A stretch of DNA of 64,000 bases from Podarcis gaigeae. Taxonomy: Eukaryota. The position numbers and the translations under genes were made by a program. The notes below the pieces were generated by a model. It was not told where the DNA came from. It saw nothing but the letters and a program-made list of their open reading frames with translations, and searched no databases. Where the stretch lies: the NCBI GenBank assembly GCA_964106915.2, contig OZ066918.1. The stretch is one strand, 5' to 3'. Positions 12,101 to 23,060 of the stretch are shown here, piece by piece; position 1 is the first letter of the stretch, and every line of letters begins with the position of its first letter.

Positions 12101-15100
12101 CCTATGCATATTTACTGTGAAGCAAGTTCTCCTTTTCTCTATTGGAACCTACTTCCAAGAAAATACCTTCTTATGTTTCTGGCTAAAATACTTTTAAACT
12201 CTCAAGGTTATGTCAGTGAACGTTTATACAATTCTATAAGCCCCTGATTTTACAGTACAGAATATTATTTTAATCTGTTGTTTAAAGCATTTTTATATGA
12301 TGACAAACTGTTCCGAAGTCTTGCAGAATGAATGAGTAATGATGTTTAAACCTATTCCATTACTGAAATGCAATGTGGAAAAAAGAAACTGAACTCATTC
12401 TTGAGCAAGACTTAGGCTGCAAAACTGTATTCACTTACCTGGGATTATGCCCATGGTAGTCATGTATAGAATTGTGCTGTCATTCTTGCAGATTAGGGAT
12501 AACTGCTTGTGATGGCATGTAAACTGACAAACAGGTATGTGTAATTTTAATGGGTTGTATCCAATGCAGAATGGACTTCATCACTCTCCAGGGTTTTGGG
12601 AGACTGTAGGACAGGCTTCTTTAACTTCGGCCCTCCAGATGTTTTGAGACTACAGTTCCCATCATCCCTAACCACTGGTCCTGCTAGCTAGGGATCATGG
12701 GAGTTGTAGGCCAAAACATCTGGAGGGCCAAGGTTGAGGAAGCCTGCTGTAGGGCATTCAGAAGAAGAAAGTGGAGTCCAGTTGAACAGTCGGAAATCAT
12801 TGCAGCATAGGATTCTACCCTTTTTTTTCTTGGAAGGAAAGTGCTAAGTAGCCTTTTCTTCTCTAGTTTTTAGTGGGTATGAAAGGTAAAGATGAAGCCA
12901 TGGCTATTGGTGGACACTGGTCTCCCTCACTGGATGGACCTGAGCCGGAGAAGGACCCATCTGTGCTGATTAAAACTGCCATCCGTTGTTGCAGGGCTCT
13001 AACAGGGATTGATTTAAGTGTATGCACACAATGGTAAGTACTACATTCTTAAAAACATTTTGATGAAATAGCAGCATGCTTAATATCCTCATGGAAATGA
13101 TTTGGGCAAAATCAACCACTTCTTTATCAGCAGCTGGTAGTAGCTGTGCAGGCAAACTACTCAAAGTGATACCCTAGTTGACAACGCAAATGTGATTTTG
13201 GTGCCAAAAGGTTTGAAGAACAATGAACTTTAAATAATGTGTTTGTATTTGTTGTTTGAACTTTGCAATGCTTGTATGTTAAAATATTCTTTCATTTCAC
13301 GCATAGCTGGAGGAGATCGCCAAGGAAACTTCATTTCATTATTCTCGTGTTTATAAATAATTAGATGTTTGGGGCAGCCATATTTTCTCTTGGTCGATTT
13401 ACTACTTGTGTTAATCAGCTGTCGATCGCTTTGTGAACAAGCACCTTCCAACAATAAATAGAAAAAAAGAGTTCAACTTTTATCTTTTATTTCCTCCCGA
13501 GCCAGATGAAATGGCACATTTTAGTGCCAAGTGCAAAAACAATTGCCTTCAGCTTTTTTAGTATTAAATTTATTCCCCAACAGATGTCTTATAATGCATT
13601 GTACACAAGTTTTTCAAAGAGAACATATGGCTTTCATATTTTTTTTCTTTAGAAAAAATTCAGGTTGTCGCAGCAAAGTTGCTTTACTTGATGTGCTACA
13701 GTGATCTAGGCTCTGTAANNNNNNNNNNNNNNNNNNNNNNNNNNNNNNNNNNNNNNNNNNNNNNNNNNNNNNNNNNNNNNNNNNNNNNNNNNNNNNNNNN
13801 NNNNNNNNNNNNNNNNNNNNNNNNNNNNNNNNNNNNNNNNNNNNNNNNNNNNNNNNNNNNNNNNNNNNNNNNNNNNNNNNNNNNNNNNNNNNNNNNNNNN
13901 NNNNNNNNNNNNNNNNNNNNNNNNNNNNNNNNNNNNNNNNNNNNNNNNNNNNNNNNNNNNNNNNNNNNNNNNNNNNNNNNNNNNNNNNNNNNNNNNNNNN
14001 NNNNNNNNNNNNNNNNNNGGCGCAGGAACACAGGCACAAAATGCACACCACATGCTACACCGCAAACATACCTAGGAGGAACATAATTGGTAACAATGAC
14101 TGGTAAACCAGCTTTCAGCAGTGTAGAACTTACTTGTGTTTAATTACAGCTAGTGTACCAACTTAAGTGTATACTGATGCAACAAGTGGAATTTAAGCTG
14201 TGCACTCCATGCACAAATCTTTGTAATCTTAGAACTAGTTGCTGGAATCTGGGACCAGTTATTGAGTTAAGATTTCAGTTTTAAAAGTTGTGTTAAGCAT
14301 TTTGCCGTTCAACCAAAAAACAAAAAAACTTTTATTTTTTTCTCCCATGTGTTAGCCTTTTTAAAAATAATATTAAGAATGGTACTTTGAAATAGGCAAG
14401 ACATTGAAATAACATAGCCTAAAAGAATCTTATCTGGCTGATTGGCAACTTGGTAAATGTAAAAAGGTCTAACAAAATGAGGAGTATTTTGGGTGGTTTG
14501 AAAATTGGGGGATATCATACACTGTGTGGTTGGTGGTGACCAGCAGTGTCTGTGTGTCCCCGATGATCTTTGTGTTGTTGTTCTTTATCACCCTTTTGTG
14601 TTTCACAGAGATGGCTCTTATTGGCTGATGAGAGAGGCACTGTTATAAACTAGTAGAATGTGTGTATGTGGCTTTGTTGAAATGGTAACTTTAGGAGAAG
14701 ACTGTCTGATGAAACAGTTGTGGCCTTGCCCAGGTCAGCTGCAGAATTTAAGAAAGAATCATATTCATTTTGAAGCTTTCTGAAGGATGATGACTTTATT
14801 TCATTTTTTAGGATGAAGAGGAGAAGGATGATGGGGAAGCAAAAGAGATTTCTACTCCTACTCATTGGTCCAAACTTGACCCAAAGGCAATGAAGGTAAC
14901 CATAGCTGAAGACTTCAGGATGTTTACATTACATTACAAAGTCTAGTAAATATTGCAGTATTGTTTCTTTTCTGAAGGTAGTACAGTTATTGGGAATTTG
15001 TGTTGCTTTGATCTTTTTAAATGAGTGAAATCTTTGAAAATCACTGATACACATTATATTGGGGCAAATGTATCATGATTTTTTTAAAAAATGAAGCTTT

Positions 15101-18100
15101 GTGATTTTTGGCAAGTTTTGCTTGCCTTATATTTCAGTAATTTGAGATGTGCTTGTCTCTGAATAGGTTTGATTATATAAATACTAAATTGTGAATTGAA
15201 TGCTCACTGTAATATTTATCAACTAGGTTAATGACTTACGCAAAGAATTAGAAAGCCGAACTCTTAGCTCAAAGGGCTTGAAATCCCAGCTGATAGCCCG
15301 ACTAACAAAACAACTCAAAGTGGAAGAGCAGAAGGAAGAACAGAAAGAATTGGAGAAGTCTGAAAAGGAAGATGAAGAGGAAGAAGAGAGGAAATCTGAA
15401 GATGACAAAGAGGTAGCTGTCTAATGGATTTACTAGTGGAAAATGGTCACTAGTAAATGTTTAGTTCATTATTAAGCTGAACTTCAGGTGTGTTTGTGTG
15501 TGATAGGAAGATCTTCATAATGAGAGTTAGGACTGATCTTACGCATGCATACTGTAGTTGTTGGGGGCTGCTTTCTCATAACTTCTTGCCATAACAATCC
15601 AAAAGCTACAGGGTCTTGTCTCCAGTGTTACCTAGCCCCTGAGGAAAGGTGATGGTAGCATGGGAAGGAGCTGCTAAGCCATTTATGTCTACATCTCTAT
15701 TTATATGTGCATCTTCCTTGTTGCAATAAACATTGCTAGTGCTAAGAACACTAAATAACAGGGCTTGTTAAGTTACATTAGAGTTAAATAAATTTCCAGC
15801 CACAACGTAGTGCTGGTTAGGCCTTCGCTTTGTAGAGAAGAAATATGCTCTCCTTTTCCTCAAATGCAGGATACATCATCTCTCATCTCCTTAATCTTAG
15901 GTGTCTTAGGGTAAGAGAAATTGACCTGAGGATCTTGATCACTGAGTGAAAATTTCAACCTGGGTCTCCCCAGTCACTCCCACACTAGGCTGACTCTCCA
16001 GGTTCTGTCATGGATTGTCCCAGCTAGCATGCATATAACATTCACATAGGGGAAGGGAATAGAAGTGTCCAGTAAACAACTGAGTATGTGGCTCTCCCCA
16101 CTCCCCCTGCCTTTTCACCCCGCTCAAGAAGTAAATATTTGAAGTTCATACTCTGACGTCTCCACTCCAAATTCCTTTTTTCAAATCTTTAGGAAGAAGA
16201 AAGGAAACGCTTAGAGGAAGTGGAACGCCAACGTCGAGAGAGGCGATACATCTTGCCTGATGAGCCAGCAATCATTGTGCATCCGAACTGGGCAGCCAAA
16301 AGCGGAAAGTTTGACTGCAGTATTATGTCTCTTAGTGTTCTTCTGGATTACAGGCTGGAGGATAACAAAGAACATTCTTTTGAGGTCATCTCTTCACCTA
16401 ACTTTCTCCCCTCACTATTTCTGAATAACTGCTTGTGTGATCACCCTTCTGATCACACGACATTGGGTACAATTAATTAAGGTGCCCCTGTTCTCTTAAG
16501 AGTGCAGCCTCTCTAGCTTCAAGCTTTTGATTTTATGCCCCCATCTTGGTTCTGTGATGAGACAGGGCCAGCTCAATTACTTACGTCAGATTAAGAAAAA
16601 AGGACACTGTTTCCCAGCAGTACAGCTGTGAAACCTCCATTCATTTGAATTGGATTTGCACCAAGCTAGACTTCTGTTCTCCTGTTACAGTAAATAAATT
16701 ATCATAATTGTATCCCTCTCTTCTACTGTAGCCTTGCACCATACATGAAGTGGCTTAGTGATCTTCAAGTGGGGCCAATTTATAAGAAAGTTGAACTTTG
16801 CCATGGAATCAGGGGATATAGTTGGGCAACTCCATATTTTGTAACTTCAGCCTGCCTTTCTGTAAAATGAGGATATGGTGAATTTTCTCACTAGAATTTT
16901 GTTTAAGCAAAAGAAAAGATTGTAAAACTGCAGAATTTCAAGTGCAAGGTTAATTTTTTATTTCTGCATTCTTTTAATGAACAGGGATTTTGATATTATT
17001 GCTTGTATTGATGTTGAATATTATGTAACTGTTTTCTGAGGTGTTAATCACTTCTAGCAAAACCAGCAAAAAGTCTTGTGGCATGTTAAAGACTAATCTA
17101 TTATGACATGAGTTTTCATGGACCGTAGTCCATTTTTTCAGATGTATAAAGTGTTATCCTGAGTTGTAGGTATATTGAGGGTGGGGCATAGTACACAGTG
17201 AGGTAGAAGGAAATGAAATGTACGAAAGAACAAGCAGAGTTATTTACATTTTAACAAGATTATGCGAGTGTACTGTTTGTAATTCTGTTTTGGTGCTTTG
17301 TTAATTCTAGTTTGTTGCTTCCTATGCAGGTTTCATTATTTGCTGAACTTTTCAATGAAATGCTTCAAAGGGACTTTGGTGTCCGAATATACAGATCCCT
17401 CTTGTCGCTTCCAGATAAGGAAGATAAAAAAGATAAAAAGAACAAAAAAGATGAGAAGAAAGAGAAAAAGGAAGAACGAGATGATGAAAATGATGACCCA
17501 AAGCCTAAAAGAAGAAAATCTGGAGATGAGAGAGAAAGAAAAGATGAGAGGGATGACAGGAAGGTTAGTGGCCATTAGAAGAAAGAACTAATCAGCTGAT
17601 GGATTAAGAACGGTTTGTGGAGGAAGGGCTTGTTACTACATTTCATCAGTTTTAATTTTATTTCTCATGCTGGTTTATTTTATCAGATCTTGCCTGATAG
17701 GAATTCTATAACTGATTTCCTCCCCTCACAAGGAGTTCAAATTGTTATATGAAAAAAATAAATCCTCCCCTACCCCAGACAATGACAACAACTGGAGCAC
17801 TGCTTCAGCTTAATAATTTTCTGATTGTTGGTTCACTCTTCAGGGCAAATAGGAAATACAGAAACGTAAGCAATATCATCATCCGTTTTCACGTCCTTTT
17901 GCTAGGGGAGTGACATTGAATCCCAGATCTCTGTGATTTGTTTTAGAACCTTTTGCACCAAGGGGGAGATCCAGTGTTTTATGAATGGACTCCCCCTTCC
18001 TCTCCTCTCTGTGCACTCCAGAATCTGCTCCAGAGGGCTGAGGGTTCTTCTAAAGTGGATTTAGAGATATACAAGGGAGAGCAGGGTAGAGGAGAAGAAG

Positions 18101-21100
18101 GGATAGCTACATTACACAAGCAGAAACAGATTACCCAGTCGGGCAGACACAGTTGGATATCACCCCCAATTTGTGTGGTTTGAAGGTTTTTTAATTACTG
18201 CTGCCAGTTGTTGGATTGTGTTAATATTTATGAACTAATTACAGAGAGAAGATAAGAGGAAGGATGATGCTAAAGATGAAGATGAAATGGAAGATGACAA
18301 TAACCAGGAAGAATACGATCCAATGGAAGCAGAGGATGCTGAAGATGAAGATGATGGTATATGGGGATGGTTACTCTAATTAAAAGGTGGCATGTGCAGA
18401 CAAAGGCAAAACTGTATGTGTGTTGATTTCCACTAGTGAATTTGCAGTGAGTAACAGACTGTGTACAATACTTCTGTACCTTTTGATGTGAAAATCCAAT
18501 CTATAAAACTACAATTATTACTTAAGATTATTGAACCAAAGTGGTCCGGAAGAGAAATAATATATTTGGCAAATGCGTGTTAACAGAACTTCTGCTGTTT
18601 CTTTCTATGTTGTAAGATGCCCTTAGCATCACATGAGCTGTGTGCATCTTCATTGTAAGATATGTATAATAGCAATAGAAAGTGCTAACATAATATGAAT
18701 ATGCTGAAGGTAATGTTTGTTTCCATAGATAGGGATGATGAGGAAATGAACAGACGAGATGACAGAAGAGAGGGAAACCGGCATTGCAAAGAGAGAGCTT
18801 CTAAAGATAAGGTATTTAGTGCTGTGAGTTTCTAACTGTGAATTGATGAAGATGCTAGAGAACTGGGAAGGAATAGCCTGTCTGCCAAAACTGTCTTCAT
18901 CAGTCTTAAGTTCTGTTTCTTGAAGGGATTGTTTACTGGAGATAGTGTCAAAAACCAATTGAGGTGAAAACTCTCTCCATATTATGTAATATACTAGTAG
19001 CTCTGACCTGTAATCAGTGTGGGAACTAACTCCTGGAAAAACTTCTGTCAGATCCTGCTGCTCCTATCTCTTGTCCTCATAAATTGTATAACCATCTATG
19101 AAAGTGGTTAGTGTTGTAGCGCTTTAGAAAATTTTTATATATGCGCATGCCTTTAAGGAAGCTGTACTTCACATATTTTCTAATACTGAAATAACTAATG
19201 GATAATTAAAAAGGGGGGAAAGCCTTATTGTTATAAAATGTGTTTTTTAGGAAAGAGACAAAACACAGATGATAACTGTTAACCGCGATCTTCTGATGGC
19301 TTTCGTTTATTTTGATCAATGCCATTGTGGATACCTTCTGGAAAAGGATTTGGAAGAGATACTGTACACACTTGGACTGCATCTCTCACGAGCTCAGGTT
19401 TGTTGCTAAAGCTGTATGGGAATGAAGAAAAGGGAAGGCCTTGCAGCGCTCAGTCTGCATCACTCTGGGGTTTTTTTCTCTGATTAACTGCAGTATAATA
19501 AAGAGAAATAAGACTTGCCCAGTCACTTTTTATACATCTGTATTTTCTTTGCTAGAGAAAAGGGAGGAAACAAGGAGGTGTTTATGACGGAAAAAATGAT
19601 AAATGATTGAAGTCCACATGCATGCAGAAGAATTTTATTGTCAAGAATTTATGTAAAATTACTCTCTTGCCGTAAAATATTTCAAGCTTCGAGATGTGAA
19701 TTATTATTTTTTTTGCCTTTTTAATGTATTTATATTGTAAAGATGTATTGCTTATATTATGCATGAGAATCATGCCTTTGTTGAGCAAACCATTAATGTG
19801 AATTTGGTCTCCTGCTATCTTAGGTTAAGAAGCTGCTTAATAAGGTGGTGCTTCGTGAATCTTGCTTTTATAGAAAACTGACAGATACTTCTAAAGATGA
19901 AGAAAATCAAGAAGAAATTGAAGCTCCACAGGAAGAAATGCTAGGTGACACAATTTTGTTATATATGAAGACATGTCTACCATTATGTATGGTGAAATAT
20001 TTTCTACCTGTGTCACTTTAATAGCATGTACTCTTTCTTCAATGTGGTAGGTAGTAAAGGCTGCAGCAGTGAAATTCAGAGAGGGGACCATTTTGAATGA
20101 GCAGAAGGTCCCTGTGTGCTTGCACACGGCACATTTGGATCCCATCCTGTTTTTTCCATATTTTGCCAACATGATGATCTCAACACTATGGACAATCTGA
20201 AAGTTTTTTGAGTGGGAATTTTATTCCTTATGTTGGGACTGAGGATGTGGGGGAGGAAACATTTGTTTCACTCTTGAAATATGCGAGTACACTGGAATTC
20301 TTGAGAAAACGTGGGGCTTTGGTAATTTTCTACTGTAGGAGTCTTGAAACTCACCAGACATGTCTGGTGGTGACGTTGATTTTAATGATATTTCTTAACC
20401 CCCTATAGGAAACAGGCTTCTGCTACCATCACCTGCTATAAAACAAGAACCAAGAAGCTTAGAAGAAAACGTTGGCCTCATCGTTTACAATGGAGCTATG
20501 GTGGATGTAGGGAGTCTCTTGCAGAAACTGGAGAAGAGTGAAAAAGCCCGAGCTGAGATGGAACAAAAGCTTCAGTCACTAGAAGAAAAGACAGGTGGGA
20601 GAGTGAGATTTGAATTATTGCTTCACACATTCAGAAAGGTTTATTATTAAAACAGAAAAATACTTTAAAGCCGAACAATTACAATTCCTGTGAATTGGGT
20701 GGAGTGTATGAATACTCAGGTCTTCTGGCCTGAATAAAGAGGACACATCTTATCAAATCACATTACTAGCTCTGCTAGGTGCTAGGTAAAGGTAAAGGTA
20801 CCCCTGCCCGTACGGGCCAGTCTTGACAGACTCTAGGGTTGTGCGCTCATCTCACTCTAGAGGCCGGGAGCCAGCGCTGTCCGCAGACACTTCCGCACAC
20901 GGAACGCCGTTTACCTTCCCGCTAGTAAGCGGTCCCTATTTATCTACTTGCACCCGGGGGTGCTTTCAAACTGCTAGGTTGGTAGGCGCTGGGACCGAGC
21001 GACGGGAGCGCACCCCGCCGCGGGGATTCGAACCGCCGACCTTTCGATCAGCAAGTCCTAGGTGCTGAGGCTTTTACCCACAGCGCCACCCGCGTCCCTC

Positions 21101-22766
21101 TCCTGCTAGGTGATACAGCTGTATAATTAGGTACATGGCATCTTTAACGCTGTTTGTTCTGTAATGCTTGAAGGAATATAGAAAAACCGAAAGTAAAAGA
21201 TTAAGTGTTTTAAAATCTTTTTTTGGGGTTTTCAGATGAAGATGAAAAGACTATATTGAATTTGGAGAATCTGAATAAAGGTCTGTCTGCAGAACTTAAA
21301 GAAGTCAAAAAAGATGCTGGCCAGCTACAAGAGAATTTGAAGGCATCAGAAGATACAAATTTGCAGTTTGAGGGGCAGCTGAATAAGACAATCAAAAGCT
21401 TGGCTACAGTTATGGATGAAATACACAGCGTTCTTAAAAAGGTAAAGGTTTTTCTAATTCTGGGTGGGAATAATCTGTTGCGTGGGCAAAGCAAGGCCTG
21501 CTTGTGCAACCAGACAAGCTGCACTTTATTAAACTTTGCCTAACCATGGAGGTGCTGGGCCTGGAGGGTGTCATGAAGGCTACACAGAGGCCTGTATTTG
21601 GATCCTGGGCCTGAGGTTCCCCATCCCTGTGAAAGAGGTGTATAAGATTAGGCATTGCATGGAGAAACTGGGTCGGGAGAAGTTTTTTCTTCTCTTGTCG
21701 TAATATTAGAACTCTTGGGTTCTAACGAAGCCGAATGTTGGAAGATTCAGGATCAACACAAAGAAAGTACTTCGCACAGTGCATGGAACTCTCTTCCCCC
21801 AAGAGGTAGTGATGGCCACCAACTCAGATGACTTTAAACAAGGATTAGAAAAATACATGAAAAATAGAGCTGTTGATGGCTTATGTTCCCCTCCACTCTT
21901 AAAGAGGCAGCATGCCTCCGAATTCCAACTGCTGGGAATCAGAAGCGGAGAGAGTGCTGTTGTACTCAGATCTTGCTTTTAGATTTTCCTTAGGCATCTG
22001 GTTGGTCACTGTGCAAATAAGATGCTGGACTGTGGCCTGATCCAGCAGGGCTCTTCATATGTTTATATGATGAATGCCCCCTTCCATCAAAAAACAAGCC
22101 TTAAAGAGGCACTGACTGTTTACTTAGAGACCCCACTGTGGTTCTTTAGTCAAGACACATTGCAAGAGGAACAATATAATCAATATCCTTTAGAGCCAAT
22201 GGATACTGTCGCACATGTGGAAGATAACACCCAAAAGAACTTCAAGAAATTGAAATATTGCTTCAGTTATATTACTTTCTTGCCCGCCCTGGCATTGAAA
22301 GTGTGTATGTATGTGGGAGGGGGAGGGGAGGGGAGGGAGAGGGAAAGAAGAGGGAGAAAGAGGGAGTGGTAGGTTTGGTTTTTGTCTCCGAGCATATTAA
22401 AAATGTGCAAATACCTGTGATTTCACATTATGTAAAAGAGTAGTATTTGAAATTTTACTAGCATTTGCAGCTATTGAAATCTGGTTTTCCTAGGTATTCA
22501 GGTATTCTTTTTAAGTGTATAGTGTCATAGTTTGGCACTTCAAGCACAAGACACAAAGATCCATGCTTATTAATCACTAAGTGGCTGATGACAGATGATT
22601 AAAAAATAGTACCTGCTGTTAGCATGGGAATAATGCTGTATATGAATTTATACATTACTTAGGGGTTCAGTTGATATAACCCTTCATTAGTGTATTTCCT
22701 CCTTTTCTACAGGATATTGTGAAGATTGAAGATCAGAAATCCAAAGAAAATGGAGCAAATGTATGA
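1039..22766 (+). CDS. CCAR1: Cell division cycle and apoptosis regulator 1 (CCAR1/CARP-1), 5'-partial. Exons: 1039-1211, 2768-2812, 4720-4752, 6092-6285, 6417-6531, 6618-6810, 8882-9011, 9245-9406, 10582-10807, 11359-11472, 12867-13033, [exon 14 missing, in N gap], 14812-14895, 15227-15412, 16193-16384, 17330-17563, 18245-18356, 18729-18811, 19251-19397, 19824-19944, 20409-20594, 21236-21441, 22713-22766 (TGA)
   Basis: Exons are bounded by AG/GT and phases are consistent except across the gap. Translation matches recalled CCAR1: Q-rich N-terminus (ALGVQQPSLLGASPTIYTQQ), S1-like RVFTGVVTKLHDTFGFVDEDVFFQLS, RERS repeats, MMELRRRYQNLYIPSDFF, DBC1/Nudix-like region, SAP domain (VNDLRKELESRTLSSKGLKSQLIARL), EF-hand-like FVYFDQ.HCGY, coiled coil, ending KENGANV*. 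Confidence 0.97.
3154..3187. repeat. (CA)n microsatellite
   Basis: About 17 CA units. Confidence 0.95.
4205..4387 (-). mobile_element. Sauria (Squam1) SINE, 5'-truncated
   Basis: Reverse complement of the 3' half of the copy at 27839-28188, including the (ACCTTT)n tail read as aaaggtaaaggt. Confidence 0.88.
12334..12396 (+). ncRNA. SNORD98: Box C/D snoRNA SNORD98 (HBII-419 orthologue) in CCAR1 intron 12; guides 2'-O-methylation of 18S rRNA (G867 in human numbering)
   Basis: C box ATGATG(T) at 12339, D' box CTGA 12363-12366, D box CTGA 12389-12392, terminal stem GAATGAGT/ACTCATTC. The guide CCTATTCCATTA is complementary to 18S UAAUGGAAUAGG, and the 5th nt upstream of D' pairs with a G. CCAR1 is the known host of SNORD98. 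Confidence 0.93.
12612..12746. mobile_element. Non-autonomous hAT (Charlie-like) MITE
   Basis: TIRs CAGGCTTC..GAAGCCTG, palindromic body, 8-bp TSD ctgtagga/ctgtaggg. A near-identical inverted copy lies at 43445-43574. Confidence 0.85.
13719..14018. other. Run of 300 N (assembly gap) inside CCAR1
   Basis: N run seen directly in the sequence. Confidence 0.99.
20784..21098 (-). mobile_element. Sauria SINE, near full length with an internal deletion, in CCAR1 intron 23
   Basis: tRNA-derived head (reverse complement gggacgcgggtggcgctgtggg..ggttcgaatccc), ACCTTT tail, flanking direct repeat ctgctaggtg. Confidence 0.9.
21625..22065 (+). mobile_element. Old CR1-type LINE 3' fragment (ORF2 end plus 3' UTR)
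   Basis: Degenerate CR1 ORF2 C-terminus (..LFPQEVVMATNSDDFKQGLEKYM..). The 3' UTR is shared with copies at about 51830-52060 and 53530-53820. Confidence 0.65.
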
Positions 22767-23060
22767 CAAACTTGCTGCTGCTGTGGGGAATATGGTGTCA
22801 CATAATGTAATATAAATCATGAAACTGGAGTGTATGAAAGTGGTGCATGTTTGATTTGAGTAGTATAAATACCTTAGTCCAAGCAAAGGATGTAAAAAGT
22901 TTTATAAATGTGCGAGCCTGCTTCAAAGCATTGCTTGTAATTCATAGCTCTCAATTTATTAGACACTCCTTGAGTGAAAATAATTTTGCATTGCAAATAT
23001 GTTTTAGGGCAAACTTCGTTATAGTTTGAATGCTAATAAAGTTCATCAATTTAATGGAAA
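22767..23060 (+). terminator. CCAR1: CCAR1 3' UTR with polyadenylation signal AATAAA at 23035-23040
   Basis: First canonical AATAAA about 270 nt after the stop codon, followed by T-rich sequence. Confidence 0.7.

Noticed and set aside
13614-14086. ORFs containing long X runs
   Set aside because: Artefacts of translating through the N gap.
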